A DNA stretch of 63,350 bases from Acidimicrobiia bacterium (GTDB taxonomy: Bacteria; Actinomycetota; Acidimicrobiia; Spongiisociales; ZC4RG35), in the NCBI GenBank assembly GCA_041591895.1, contig JBFHRE010000002.1:1-63350 (forward strand). Direction: 5' to 3'. Shown piece by piece: positions 1-9,884 of this stretch. The number at the start of each line of letters is the position of its first letter. Within the stretch, counting starts at the first letter, position 1. Made by a program: the position numbers and the translations under genes. The notes beneath the pieces were generated by a model that searched no databases, was not told where the DNA came from, and saw only the letters and a list, made by a program, of their open reading frames with translations.

Positions 1-1
1 A

Positions 2-814
2 TCGCGAAGGGACCCGCGTCCCGGACGTCACCTTCAAGCTGCGCCGGGACGACGGCTGGGCGCAGCGCACCTCGAGACTGGATCCCCGATCCTCTACACA
101 TCCGCCGATTCGGTGTTCCAGATCGCCGCTCACGAGGAGAGGTTCGGGCTCGAGCGGCTGTACGAGGTCTCGCGGATCGCACGACGGCACTGCGACCGAT
201 ACCGGATCGGTCGCGTGATCGCACGACCGTTTGTGGGTGAGCCGGGCTCCTTCCAACGAACCTACAACCGCCACGATTTCTCGATGGAGCCCGACGGACC
301 AACCCTGCTCGACCATGCCTCGGCTGCCGGCCTGTCGGTGTTCGGGGTCGGCAAGATCGAAGACCTGTTCGCCGGACGCGGACTGACCGGAGCCGTCCAC
401 ACCGAGGGAGATGAAGACGGACTCCGGCGGACGCTGGAGGCGATGGCCGAACTGACACAGCCCGGCATCATCTTCACCAACCTGGTCGACCTCGACATGA
501 CCTACGGTCACAGGGAGAACCCGGCGGGCTATGCCGCCGGTCTGCGGCTGATCGACTCATTCCTACCGCAGATCGTCGCAGGACTCCAATCCGACGACCT
601 TCTGGTGATCTCGGCCGATCACGGCAACGATCCCACCGACGGTGACACCGACCACACCCGCGAATACGTGCCGCTCCTGGTCGCCGGCGCCGCTGCCGCC
701 GGAGTCGACCTCGGGATCCGCCGCCAGTACTCGGACGTGGCCGCAACGCTGATGGAAGCGCTCGAACTGACCGGTCCGGTTGCCGGCACGTCGTTCCTCG
801 AGGCGATCGCGTGA
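2..814 (+). CDS. deoB: phosphopentomutase, C-terminal ~250 aa (5' end outside window)
   Basis: Frame-2 translation LGAAHLETGSPILYTSADSVFQIAAHEE...RVIARPFVGEPGSFQRT.NRHD...ADHGNDPT.GDTDHTREYVPLL matches conserved phosphopentomutase motifs. The stop overlaps the deoA GTG (GTGA at 811-814). The reading frame in nt 1-55 is unclear. Confidence 0.9.
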   Translation, partial: SRRDPRPGRHLQAAPGRRLGAAHLETGSPILYTSADSVFQIAAHEERFGLERLYEVSRIARRHCDRYRIGRVIARPFVGEPGSFQRTYNRHDFSMEPDGPTLLDHASAAGLSVFGVGKIEDLFAGRGLTGAVHTEGDEDGLRRTLEAMAELTQPGIIFTNLVDLDMTYGHRENPAGYAAGLRLIDSFLPQIVAGLQSDDLLVISADHGNDPTDGDTDHTREYVPLLVAGAAAAGVDLGIRRQYSDVAATLMEALELTGPVAGTSFLEAIA

Positions 815-2115
815 ACGCAGTCGAACTGATCGAACGCAAGCGAGACGGTGGCCGTCTGACCGACGACGAGATCCGGTGGCTGATTGCCGGCTACACCGAT
901 GGGAGCATCCCCGACTACCAGATGGCCGCGATGGCGATGGCGGTGTACCTGCGTGGACTCGACGATGTCGAGTTGGCCGCCTGGACCGCGGCCATGCTGC
1001 ACTCCGGCGACGTTCTCTCGTTCCCGGAGGTAGAAGCGCCGAAGGCGGACAAGCATTCGACCGGCGGTGTCGGCGACAAGATCTCCATCCCGCTCGGACC
1101 GATCGTGGCCGCCTGCGGCGTGGCGATTCCGATGATGTCCGGGCGGGGCCTAGGCCACACCGGAGGCACACTCGACAAACTGGAGTCCATCCCAGGATTC
1201 CAGGTGCAGTTCGGGGTCTCCGAGTTCGGCCGACTGCTCCAAGCGAACGGCCTCGTCCTGGCCGGTCAGTCGGCGTCTCTGGTCCCCGCCGACCGCAAGT
1301 TGTACGCCCTCAGGGACACGACGGGCACGGTGTCGTCGATCCCCCTCATCGCATCGTCCATCATGAGCAAGAAGCTCGCCGAGGGCCTCGACGCCCTCGT
1401 GCTGGACGTGAAGTTCGGGTCCGGGGCATTCATGGAGACCCTCGAACAGGCGAGGATCCTTGCGCAGACGATGGTTGAGATCGGAAAGGCACACGGGGTT
1501 CAGACCGTGGCAATGCTCACCGACATGAACGTGCCGCTCGGACGAGAAGTGGGCAACGCCGGCGAGATCCGGGAGTCGATCGCCGTTCTGATGGGGACCG
1601 GCCCCGAAGACGTCACCGAGTTGACGCTGTCGCTGGGGGCAGAGATGCTGACCATGACCGGACTCGATCCCGATCGCGAAGCGGCGATCGCCCGGATGGA
1701 GGACGCCATCTCGTCGGGAGCGGCGCTGGAAAAGTTCGTCGCGGTCGTGACCGCCCAGGGCGGAGATCCGGCGCCGATCTACGACCCCGGGCTTCTGCCC
1801 CTGGCCGATCACGAGTTCGTCATCAAGAGCGATACGTCGGGATTCGTCACCAGCTGCGATGCCCGCAAGGTCGGAGTAGCTGCGATGCGACTCGGGGCCG
1901 GCCGCGAGCGGAAAGAGGACACGATCGACCCCGGCGTTGGGATAACCGTCGACGCGAAACCCGGTGAAACCGTCGAGCCCGGATCGCCGCTGGCGACGCT
2001 TCGCTATCGCCACCCGGCCCGGCTCGAAGAAGCCCTGCGCGCCATCGACGGAGCCTGGACCACATCGCCCGAACCCGTGGATACGAGCCCGCTCATCGTC
2101 GAGCGGGTGGAGTGA
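811..2115 (+). CDS. deoA: thymidine / pyrimidine-nucleoside phosphorylase
   Basis: N-terminus MNAVELIERKRDGGRLTDDEIRWLIAGYTDGSIPDYQMAAMAMAV and the KHSTGGVGDK motif. 434 aa is a typical length. Confidence 0.9.
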   Translation: MNAVELIERKRDGGRLTDDEIRWLIAGYTDGSIPDYQMAAMAMAVYLRGLDDVELAAWTAAMLHSGDVLSFPEVEAPKADKHSTGGVGDKISIPLGPIVAACGVAIPMMSGRGLGHTGGTLDKLESIPGFQVQFGVSEFGRLLQANGLVLAGQSASLVPADRKLYALRDTTGTVSSIPLIASSIMSKKLAEGLDALVLDVKFGSGAFMETLEQARILAQTMVEIGKAHGVQTVAMLTDMNVPLGREVGNAGEIRESIAVLMGTGPEDVTELTLSLGAEMLTMTGLDPDREAAIARMEDAISSGAALEKFVAVVTAQGGDPAPIYDPGLLPLADHEFVIKSDTSGFVTSCDARKVGVAAMRLGAGRERKEDTIDPGVGITVDAKPGETVEPGSPLATLRYRHPARLEEALRAIDGAWTTSPEPVDTSPLIVERVE

Positions 2116-3958
2116 CCGCCGCCGGCGCTGCCGCGACTTCTATCGACCACCGCCGCAACGGCTCGTCATTTCCCCCTGTCGTCGCCCGCCCGAACACCTC
2201 GACCTGACCTGCACGGAGGAACGCACCCAGAAACACGGCCCCCTCGATCCGGGAGTTCTCCACCGCGCTCCATTGAACGGCGTCCGAGGACTGCCACAAC
2301 TCCAACGTCGGGACGCCCCCACTCGGCATGGTTTCCACCACTGCACACGGCTCGTCACCTACGACCCCGAGCCACGCCACATGACTCTCGGCCGGGAATT
2401 CCACCGAAACCCGGTGCCAGACCCGGCCGTCGTCGGACACCCAGATCGCGCCCATATGCCGGAGCCGATCGGCTCCGCCTGCCACGAAGCCTCCCAGCAA
2501 AGGGACGACGGACTCGACGTGGGACATCTCGAACGGAAGCGTCGATGGTTCCGGCCAGGGGGCCCAGTCCACCCCATCGGCCGACTCGAGGATCTCAATC
2601 CGACGGTCGTCCCGATGACGGCCAAATACGACGAGGTTGTTCCCTACTCGCTGGATCGCCTCAACCGCGATCGGGAACCGGCTCGGGTTCCACATCGCAC
2701 CGTTCGAGGAGAGATACAGACCGGTTCCGGCCCTCGCCCTGGCCCCTGCCACGAACCCTTCGGAGGCCGATTCGGCCTGCTCGAACAGCACACCGTCGAG
2801 CTCGGTGGCATGCAGACCGGTGATCCGGGTCCAACCCGACTCCTCGTCCTTGTAAACCCAACAAGCCGCTACCGGCTGCGCCTGAAGGCCCACGACATGT
2901 CCGAAGGCCATGGGGGACGGCAAAAAAGCCACATCGGTCACGAGTCCGGGCTCCATGGTGCCGAGTGGGAACCACTCGATTCCGTTGTCGGACCTCCACA
3001 CCCGCGCTGGAGTGAGACCGGCGACCGACGACATGCCGCACGCGTAGTAGAACCTGCCGTCGTGTTTGACGCGTTCGAGTCGTGCTCCCGGCTCGAACTG
3101 GAGCGGTGTCGCGAGCCACGATGACTGAACCGGCCGGGGCGGGGCGAAGGTCTCGAAGGCCGGCTTCGTCTCCGAGGCCACCGGCGCGGGGGTACGACGG
3201 CGGCCAAAGACGATCAACCCCGCCACGACTGCCGCCAGCAGCCCGGCCACCACAAACGGCCACACCCATCCACTCGGGGCCACGGAGGCAACGAATCCTG
3301 AACCTGCGCCGGTCGTGGTCACCCTGCCCGCGACGCCGCCGCCTTCGCTGCTGTCCGTCGCGCCTGTCCCGGTCCCCTCGACCGTCCCACCCGTGGCACC
3401 CACCCCACCGTCGATCGCTGTGGGATCGGTGCCGGTTCCCGCCGTGGAGCCGGGCCCGCCTGCCGCGGTCGTGACCGAGCCGGGGACACTGGTCGAGGTC
3501 GACGTGCTGCTCGAGGTCGACGACGAGGTCGTGGACGTGGTCGTGGACGTGGTCGACGTTGTGGACGTTGTGGACGTTGTGGACGTGGTCGAGGTGGTAG
3601 TCGACGTCGTCGACGGCGGAACGACCACGAATGTCGTCGACACCCGCCCCCGGGCCTTGACCGTCACGGTGTGGACCCCCGTTCCGGCATTCGACGGAAC
3701 GGACAGACCGGCGGTGAGATTGCCGCTGGGCGGGATGGTGAGCCCCGAGGCGAGGATGGTGCCGTCCCAGGTGATCTCCTGAACCTTCTCACCGGGCGCA
3801 AACCCGGTCATCACGACGTCGAAATCCGAGCCGGGCGGACCGGACGACGGTTGGAGTTCGACCGATCCCACTGCCCATGCAGCCGCGCCGAACCACAGGC
3901 ACCATGCCAGAAGGACGCCCCCTACGAGAAGGGACGCATGGCTTCGACTGCGTCTCAC
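2093..3958 (-). CDS. membrane-anchored protein: signal peptide, IPT/TIG-like domain, Ser/Thr linker, TM helix, C-terminal BNR/Asp-box-like repeat domain
   Basis: MRRSRSHASLLVGGVLLAWCLWFGAAAWA signal-like N-terminus. (S/T)n run of about 45 aa. TM helix WPFVVAGLLAAVVAGLIVFGRRR. Five S-x-[DN]-G-x-x-W-like repeats (RSDNGIEW, SSNGAMW, SADGVDW, SDDGRVW, SSDAVQW). Confidence 0.6.
   Translation of the reverse strand: MRRSRSHASLLVGGVLLAWCLWFGAAAWAVGSVELQPSSGPPGSDFDVVMTGFAPGEKVQEITWDGTILASGLTIPPSGNLTAGLSVPSNAGTGVHTVTVKARGRVSTTFVVVPPSTTSTTTSTTSTTSTTSTTSTTSTTTSTTSSSTSSSTSTSTSVPGSVTTAAGGPGSTAGTGTDPTAIDGGVGATGGTVEGTGTGATDSSEGGGVAGRVTTTGAGSGFVASVAPSGWVWPFVVAGLLAAVVAGLIVFGRRRTPAPVASETKPAFETFAPPRPVQSSWLATPLQFEPGARLERVKHDGRFYYACGMSSVAGLTPARVWRSDNGIEWFPLGTMEPGLVTDVAFLPSPMAFGHVVGLQAQPVAACWVYKDEESGWTRITGLHATELDGVLFEQAESASEGFVAGARARAGTGLYLSSNGAMWNPSRFPIAVEAIQRVGNNLVVFGRHRDDRRIEILESADGVDWAPWPEPSTLPFEMSHVESVVPLLGGFVAGGADRLRHMGAIWVSDDGRVWHRVSVEFPAESHVAWLGVVGDEPCAVVETMPSGGVPTLELWQSSDAVQWSAVENSRIEGAVFLGAFLRAGQVEVFGRATTGGNDEPLRRWSIEVAAAPAAVTPPARR
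3480..3615 (-). repeat. imperfect 9-bp tandem repeats encoding the Ser/Thr linker
   Basis: Plus strand reads gtcgtggac gtggtcgtggac gtggtcgac gttgtggac gttgtggac gttgtggac gtggtcgag. This translates on the minus strand to TTSTTSTTSTTSTT. Confidence 0.7.
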
Positions 3959-4099
3959 GTTGGTTTCATCGGCATTCTCGGGCTGGAGCCCGAGTGATTC
4001 CGGCGAGGCTACCCGCCGGGCGTCGCCGGTGGCAATGGGCCGACCGACCCTGCTCCGTAGCCCGGTAAGGTGCCGTCACCAACCATCCAGGAGTTCGAC

Positions 4100-4858
4100 A
4101 TGAACGTGGTCGTCTGCGTCAAGCAGATCCCCGATCCGGCAAACCCGTATTCGCTGGACCCGGATACACACTGGCTGATTCGCCCCGCCGAGCAGGTTCT
4201 CGACGACACCGATCGCTACGGCATCGAAATGGGGCTTCAGCTCGCCCAGGCGTCCGAGGGGAGCGTGACCTTGGTCACGATGGGCCCCGCCGGTTCCATG
4301 CAAGGAGTCCGGCAGGCGCTGGCCATGGGAGCCGACGCCGCAGTCGTGGTGGACGATTCTGAGCTCAAGGGCTCCGACGCCCTCCTCACGTCGCGGGCGC
4401 TCGCCGCCGCCATCTCGAGAATGCCGCACGACATCGTCATCGCCGGCACCGAGTCGACCGACGGATACGCCGGCATCGTGCCCCAAATGATGGCCGAGCT
4501 CCTCGGTGTTCCGGCGCTGACCTACGCAACCGAGGTATCCGTCGACGGCGGGTCGATCCGCATCCATCGTCAAACGGCAGTCGGCTACGACGTCGTACAG
4601 GCGTCACTCCCGGCCGTCGTCACCGTGACGGCCGGAGTGGTCGAGCCGAGGTACCCGACGTTCAAGGGGATCATGGACGCCAAGAAGAAGCCGGTCGAAA
4701 CACTGACGGTTGCCGATCTCGGGATCGACACCACTGTCGGTCAGGTCGTGACTTCGGTGGACGACGCTCCGGCGCGCAACGCCGGCCAGAAGATCGAGGA
4801 CGACGGTGAGTCCCATCTCAGAATCATCGACCTTCTCGAGAAAGTGAAGGTGGTCTGA
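4100..4858 (+). CDS. etfB: electron transfer flavoprotein beta subunit
   Basis: MNVVVCVKQIPDPANPYSLD N-terminus typical of EtfB. AGGAG at 4089-4093 lies 6 nt upstream of ATG 4100. The track ORF starts 30 nt earlier. Confidence 0.9.
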   Translation: MNVVVCVKQIPDPANPYSLDPDTHWLIRPAEQVLDDTDRYGIEMGLQLAQASEGSVTLVTMGPAGSMQGVRQALAMGADAAVVVDDSELKGSDALLTSRALAAAISRMPHDIVIAGTESTDGYAGIVPQMMAELLGVPALTYATEVSVDGGSIRIHRQTAVGYDVVQASLPAVVTVTAGVVEPRYPTFKGIMDAKKKPVETLTVADLGIDTTVGQVVTSVDDAPARNAGQKIEDDGESHLRIIDLLEKVKVV

Positions 4859-5808
4859 TGACCTCGACATGGGTATTCGTACGTGAGGCCGACGGGGCTC
4901 CCACTTCTCTCGCCCTGGAACTCGTGACCAAGGCGAGGACATTCGGAGAGGTGACGGCGTTCTACGTCGGCAAGGGCTCCGATGCTGCCTTCGCCTCGTT
5001 GGGCGAGCACGGTGTGACCACCGTCCATCATCTCGATCCCGGGCCTGCGCTCGCAACGTCTGTGTCGGCCGTAGCCCTCGCCGGCCTGGTCGCGGAACAC
5101 TCGCCGGATCTGATCCTGTTCGGACAGGCGTACGACGACCGCGACGTGGCCGGGCGGCTGGCGGCGCGACTTGGCAGATCCGTCCTGTCCAACGCAGTCG
5201 ATGTCGCCGTCGATGGCACCACCAGCGCCACGCATGAGATTTTCGGTGGGTCGAAGCTGGCAACCTCGGAACTCACCGGCGACAAGCCTCACCTGGTGAT
5301 CGTTCGTCCGAAGTCGTTCGCCCCCGAAGCATCCGGCGGGGCCACGCCCACCGTCCACACGGTGGCGATGGCCGATGTCGGCGCAACCGGTGCGACGGTG
5401 CTCGAGTCTCACGCCGAAGAGCGCGAGGGACCGCAACTGGAAGAGGCGGCAGTGATCATCTCCGGCGGCCGCGGTCTCGGCACCGCCGACAAATACGAAC
5501 TCATAGAACGCCTCGCAAAGCCGCTCAAAGCCGCAACCGGAGCAACCCGGGCGATCGTGGACGCCGGCTGGGTTCCGTACGCCAAGCAGGTGGGTCAGAC
5601 GGGAAAGACCGTCAAGCCCGAGGTCTACATCGCCTGCGGAATCTCGGGTGCGATGCAGCATCTGGTCGGCATGAAGGACTCGAAGACGATCGTTGCGATC
5701 AACAAGGACCCGGATGCTCCGATCTTCGGTGTGGCCGACCTCGGCATCGTGGGAGACGTCCACAGCGTCCTGCCCAAGCTGATCGAAGCGCTCGAAGCCA
5801 GGTCGTGA
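4858..5808 (+). CDS. etfA: electron transfer flavoprotein alpha subunit
   Basis: ATGA overlap with etfB. The C-terminal FAD-binding region ...IISGGRGLG...[40 protein letters not shown] is typical of EtfA. Confidence 0.9.
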   Translation: MTSTWVFVREADGAPTSLALELVTKARTFGEVTAFYVGKGSDAAFASLGEHGVTTVHHLDPGPALATSVSAVALAGLVAEHSPDLILFGQAYDDRDVAGRLAARLGRSVLSNAVDVAVDGTTSATHEIFGGSKLATSELTGDKPHLVIVRPKSFAPEASGGATPTVHTVAMADVGATGATVLESHAEEREGPQLEEAAVIISGGRGLGTADKYELIERLAKPLKAATGATRAIVDAGWVPYAKQVGQTGKTVKPEVYIACGISGAMQHLVGMKDSKTIVAINKDPDAPIFGVADLGIVGDVHSVLPKLIEALEARS

Positions 5809-5821
5809 GCGCTCCCATGCG

Positions 5822-7168
5822 ATGAACGGGGTTCCCGACGTCCTCGTCGTGGGCGCCGGGATCGCCGGCGTGTCGACGGCGTTCCATCTCGCCCGGGCCG
5901 GGGCCAGGGTGACGATCGCCGATCCGCGTGCACCGCTGTCTCTCACGTCGGACAAGTCAACCGAGGCATATCGCAATTGGTGGCCATCGGCCGAAATGGT
6001 CGCGTTCATGGACCGGTCGATCGACCTCCTCGAGCGCTATTCCATCGAGAGCACAGATGTATTCGGCCTCGGGCGCCGCGGATACCTGTTCGTCACATCC
6101 GACAGGTCGACCCTCGAGGCCAAGATCGCCGAAGCTCGGGCGGTGTCGGACATGGGCGCAGGGCCGGTACGTCACCACCGCGGCGGACGCAGCGGATACA
6201 CCCCATCGCCGACCGAGGGTTGGGAGGGGTCGCCGACGGGTGCAGACGTCTTCACCGACGCCGAGTCGCTGCACTCGGCGTTCCCGTATCTGACGCCCGC
6301 AGCCGTCGGCGGAGTTCACGTCCGTCGCGCCGGATGGCTGTCGGCGCACCAACTCGGCACCTGGATGCTCGGCGACGCTCGAAGACGAGGAGCAAAGTCG
6401 ATGACCGCCGGTGTCGAGTCGATTTCGGTGGGCGCCAACGGGTTCGATGTCGCGCTGTCGGACGGAACCGCGGTTTCCGCACACGCCATGGTCAACTGCG
6501 CCGGACCCCTGCTGAACTCGGTGGCCGCGCTCGTGGGTGAGACGCTCCCGATTCATTCCGAACTCCACCTCAAAGTCGCCTTTCGAGATCACCTCGGCAC
6601 CGTTCCGCGGGAGGCACCGATGTTGATCTGGAACGATCCGCAGTCGCTGGACTGGAGCCCTGAGGAGCGGGAAGCCCTGGCCGAGATGGGGCGGGCCGAT
6701 GTGCTCGACCTGATGCCGCCGTTCTGCCACGGGCGCCCTGAGGGGAGGGGTGACTCGACCTGGATGCTGGGGTTGTGGGAGTACAGCCGGAAGGTGATCG
6801 ATCCGGTGTGGCCACTCCCTCGCGACGAGATCTACGCCGAGGCCGTGATCCGGGGTCTCTCCACCATGGTGCCGGGGCTCGGCGGATATCGCGACCGGCT
6901 TCCGCATTCGGTCATCGACGGCGGGTACTACACCAAGACGGACGAGAACCGCCTCTTGGTCGGGCCGACGTCCGTGCCCGGAATGTTCGTCGTCGGAGCG
7001 CTGTCGGGGTACGGGATCATGGCCGCTTGTGCCGCAGGCGAACTGGCCGCGGCCCACGTGCTCGGACTGGATCTCCCGGCGTACGCACGGGCTTTTGCAC
7101 CGCACCGCTACCTCGATCCGGGCTACCGGCCCGGAATCGAAACGGATCCTTCCTCCGGTCAGCTCTGA
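5822..7168 (+). CDS. FAD-dependent oxidoreductase (DAO/sarcosine-oxidase-beta-like family)
   Basis: N-terminal dinucleotide fold [29 protein letters not shown]. 448 aa. Sits directly downstream of etfBA. Confidence 0.8.
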   Translation: MNGVPDVLVVGAGIAGVSTAFHLARAGARVTIADPRAPLSLTSDKSTEAYRNWWPSAEMVAFMDRSIDLLERYSIESTDVFGLGRRGYLFVTSDRSTLEAKIAEARAVSDMGAGPVRHHRGGRSGYTPSPTEGWEGSPTGADVFTDAESLHSAFPYLTPAAVGGVHVRRAGWLSAHQLGTWMLGDARRRGAKSMTAGVESISVGANGFDVALSDGTAVSAHAMVNCAGPLLNSVAALVGETLPIHSELHLKVAFRDHLGTVPREAPMLIWNDPQSLDWSPEEREALAEMGRADVLDLMPPFCHGRPEGRGDSTWMLGLWEYSRKVIDPVWPLPRDEIYAEAVIRGLSTMVPGLGGYRDRLPHSVIDGGYYTKTDENRLLVGPTSVPGMFVVGALSGYGIMAACAAGELAAAHVLGLDLPAYARAFAPHRYLDPGYRPGIETDPSSGQL

Positions 7169-7605
7169 TGGCGTCCAACGGATACTCGAAGCGATCGCTC
7201 TCCCAGAAGCTCGGCATCGGCCAGGACGCAATCGTTGCGGTGGTCGAGCTGCCCGAGCGTCTTCCCTCGCTGCTCGATCCCCTTCCACCCGGTGCCCGAC
7301 TCGTGGACGCCGGAACGCCCGCAAACATGCTGCTGTGCTTCGCCACGACGGCCGCTTCCCTGGATGTCGGAGTCCGCTATCACCTCCACCTGATCCCTCC
7401 GGACGGCAGCTGGTGGGCGTGCTGGCCCAAGCGAGCCTCGAAGGTCCCCACCGACATCACCGAGAGCGTGTGCCGCGATCTGTTCCTGCCACTGGGACTG
7501 GTGGATGTCAAGGTGATCGCCATCGACGAAACCTGGTCCGGTCTCAAGTTCGTCGTTCGCAAAGAGCTGAGAGACACCTGGCCGCCCGAGGTGCCGACCG
7601 GCTAG
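7168..7605 (+). CDS. DUF3052-like protein
   Basis: Internal ATG at 7168 overlaps the upstream TGA (TGATG). [23 protein letters not shown]...WWACWPKRASKVPTDI resembles the DUF3052 pattern as I remember it. Confidence 0.55.
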   Translation: MASNGYSKRSLSQKLGIGQDAIVAVVELPERLPSLLDPLPPGARLVDAGTPANMLLCFATTAASLDVGVRYHLHLIPPDGSWWACWPKRASKVPTDITESVCRDLFLPLGLVDVKVIAIDETWSGLKFVVRKELRDTWPPEVPTG

Positions 7606-7612
7606 CCGCCGG

Positions 7613-8398
7613 TCAATAGACCTGGGGAATCCAGTTCTGGTGATCGAAGGGCGGGCGAAGATACCCCGGATCGATCGCTCTCGGCGGCAACTCGATCTCG
7701 GGATACGACACCGGGTCGAACGGAACCTGGTCGAGCAGATGACGGATTGTGTTGAGCCGGGCGACGCGCTTGCGGTCGGCATCGACCACCCACCACGGTG
7801 CCTCCGGGATCGAAGTGTGCTCGATCATGATGTCCTTGGCGCGGGCGTAGGCCGTCCAGCGCGAACGGGCATAGGTGTCCATCTCCGAGAACTTCCAGCG
7901 CCGCCGCGGGTCCTCGAGGCGTTTGAGAAAACGACGTTCCTGCTCCTCGTCCGACACGGAGAACCAGTACTTGACGATCTGAATGCCGGATCTGACCAGC
8001 ATTCGCTCGAACTCGGGGACCGACCGGATGAACTCCCAGTACTCCTCGTCCGTGCAGAAGCCCATCACCCGCTCCACCCCTGCCCGGTTGTACCAACTCC
8101 GGTCGAACAGGACCAGCTCCCCCGCCGCAGGCAGGTGGGCGACGTAGCGCTGGAAGTACCACTGGGACGCCTCGCGTTCGGAGGGAGCGGGGAGGGCGAC
8201 AACCCGGCAGACCCTGGGATTGAGCGGCTGGGAGATCCGGGCGATGACTCCGCCTTTCCCTGCCGCGTCGCGACCCTCGAAGATCACGACCAGACGGTGC
8301 CCCGAGCGTCGGATCCATTCGTGCATCTGGACCAACTCCAGTTGGAGCCGTTCCAGTTCGCGTTCGTACTCGGTCTTCGAGAGTCGCTTCTCGTTCAC
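7613..8398 (-). CDS. ppk2: polyphosphate kinase 2 family protein
   Basis: VVIFEGRDAAGKGGVI P-loop, then QWYFQRY, LFDRSWYNRAGVERVMGF, KYWFSVSDEEQ.RRF. Confidence 0.9.
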   Translation of the reverse strand: MNEKRLSKTEYERELERLQLELVQMHEWIRRSGHRLVVIFEGRDAAGKGGVIARISQPLNPRVCRVVALPAPSEREASQWYFQRYVAHLPAAGELVLFDRSWYNRAGVERVMGFCTDEEYWEFIRSVPEFERMLVRSGIQIVKYWFSVSDEEQERRFLKRLEDPRRRWKFSEMDTYARSRWTAYARAKDIMIEHTSIPEAPWWVVDADRKRVARLNTIRHLLDQVPFDPVSYPEIELPPRAIDPGYLRPPFDHQNWIPQVY

Positions 8399-8444
8399 GG
8401 CGCCGACACTAGGCCGGTGACTGCCGAATTCGTCCGATCGGGCT

Positions 8445-8834
8445 TCAAAGACTGAACCGGAAGGGAAGCAATTCGTCGAAGGTGTGGACCCGGATCGCCT
8501 CCTCGCCGCCGCGCGAAACGATCACGGTCTCGACGTCGAACTCGCTCATGATCTGGCGACAACGGCCGCACGGATATGCACCGTCGAGGTCGGCGGCATC
8601 GAGACAGCACACCGCCACCGTCGTGATCCTGCGCGCTCCCTCGCTCACTGCGTGGTTGATCGCGTTCGCCTCGGCACATTGACTGACAGGGTATGCGGCG
8701 TTCTCCACGTTGGCAGCCGTGAATACGCGTCCGTCGTCGGCGAGCACCGCCGCCCCCACCCGGAACCCCGAGTACGGCGAGTACGAGCCCTCGGCGGCCT
8801 GTCGAGCCTTCGAAACGAGATCTGCCTGATTCAT
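8445..8834 (-). CDS. cdd: cytidine deaminase
   Basis: SPYSGFRVGAAV...CAEANAI (zinc His/Cys-Ala-Glu motif) and PCGRCRQ motif. 129 aa. Confidence 0.9.
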   Translation of the reverse strand: MNQADLVSKARQAAEGSYSPYSGFRVGAAVLADDGRVFTAANVENAAYPVSQCAEANAINHAVSEGARRITTVAVCCLDAADLDGAYPCGRCRQIMSEFDVETVIVSRGGEEAIRVHTFDELLPFRFSL

Positions 8835-9850
8835 GGCATGCCCAGGAGGGCGTCCACGAACGTCTCCGGCTCGAAAGGAACCAGGTCGTCTATTCCTTCT
8901 CCGACCCCGATGAACTTCACCGGGATGTCGAGTTCCTGTTCGATCGCGATCACGACTCCACCTTTCGCGGTTCCGTCGAGCTTGGAGAGGACGATGCCGG
9001 TGACACCGGTCGCATCTAGGAACTGTCGGGCCTGATTCACCGCGTTCTGCCCGGCGGTCGCGTCCAGCACGATCAGCACCTCTGAGATCTCGTCCCCGTC
9101 GCGCTCGATCACGCGCCGGATCTTGGACAGCTCGGCCATCAGGTCTTTCTTCGAATGGAGGCGGCCGGCCGTATCGACGATCACCACGTCCCTACCTCGC
9201 CCCCGGGCCGCCGAGAGGGCGTCGTACGCCACCGCCGCCGGATCCGCCCCCTCTTGGCCTCCGACCACATCCACCCCCACTCGGTCCGCCCAGGTTCGGA
9301 GTTGGGCGTCGGCCGCAGCTCGAAACGTGTCGGCGGCTCCCAGCAATGCCGTGGCGCCGGAATCGGTGAGTCGCTTGGCGAGCTTGGCAATCGACGTCGT
9401 CTTTCCCGTCCCGTTGACGCCGACGACGAGCACCACGGCCGGTTTGCCCGTCAAGTGCAGCTCTCGATCACGACCCGCCATCATCGCCCGGAGCTCGTCT
9501 CGCAGACGAACGCGGGCAGCGCTGGTATCGGCAGGTCGGGACTGGCGCACCCTGTCGACGATCTCGGTCGAGGCTCCGATCCCCACATCGGCGGCCACCA
9601 GAACTTCCTGCAGCTCCTCCCAGAATTCCTCGTCGAGAATCGGCCGGCCAAAAACGCCACGCAGGGACTCACCGAGGGCGTTGCGAGATCGACTCAGCCG
9701 ACCGGCGAGATCCCGGGCTTCGGTAGGGGTTGCTTCCCTCGGCTGTCCGAATTCGCGCTCGATCGAGCGGGGACGCCGAGCCACCACCAGTCCGGCGATC
9801 ACCACGACCACCAGAACCGCTCCGACGACGGGAAGGACCCAAGTCTCCAT
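8831..9850 (-). CDS. ftsY: signal recognition particle receptor FtsY
   Basis: N-terminal TM helix and an SRP GTPase domain: VGVNGTGKTTSIAKLA, DTAGRLH, TKLDGTAKGG. Confidence 0.9.
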   Translation of the reverse strand: METWVLPVVGAVLVVVVIAGLVVARRPRSIEREFGQPREATPTEARDLAGRLSRSRNALGESLRGVFGRPILDEEFWEELQEVLVAADVGIGASTEIVDRVRQSRPADTSAARVRLRDELRAMMAGRDRELHLTGKPAVVLVVGVNGTGKTTSIAKLAKRLTDSGATALLGAADTFRAAADAQLRTWADRVGVDVVGGQEGADPAAVAYDALSAARGRGRDVVIVDTAGRLHSKKDLMAELSKIRRVIERDGDEISEVLIVLDATAGQNAVNQARQFLDATGVTGIVLSKLDGTAKGGVVIAIEQELDIPVKFIGVGEGIDDLVPFEPETFVDALLGMP

Positions 9851-9884
9851 GGCCGAGAAGGGTACCGGGATTCCAGGTGGGATC

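Noticed and set aside
3-59. Frame-3 peptide REGTRVPDVTFKLRRDDGW resembling the N-terminus of Prx5-type peroxiredoxins, next to XhoI/BamHI sites (ctcgagactggatcc at 71-85), which hints at a chimeric or engineered junction.
   Set aside because: Only 19 residues, at the window edge. The similarity stops immediately. ctcgag and ggatcc are frequent in this GC-rich DNA. A frame problem inside deoB is the more economical reading.
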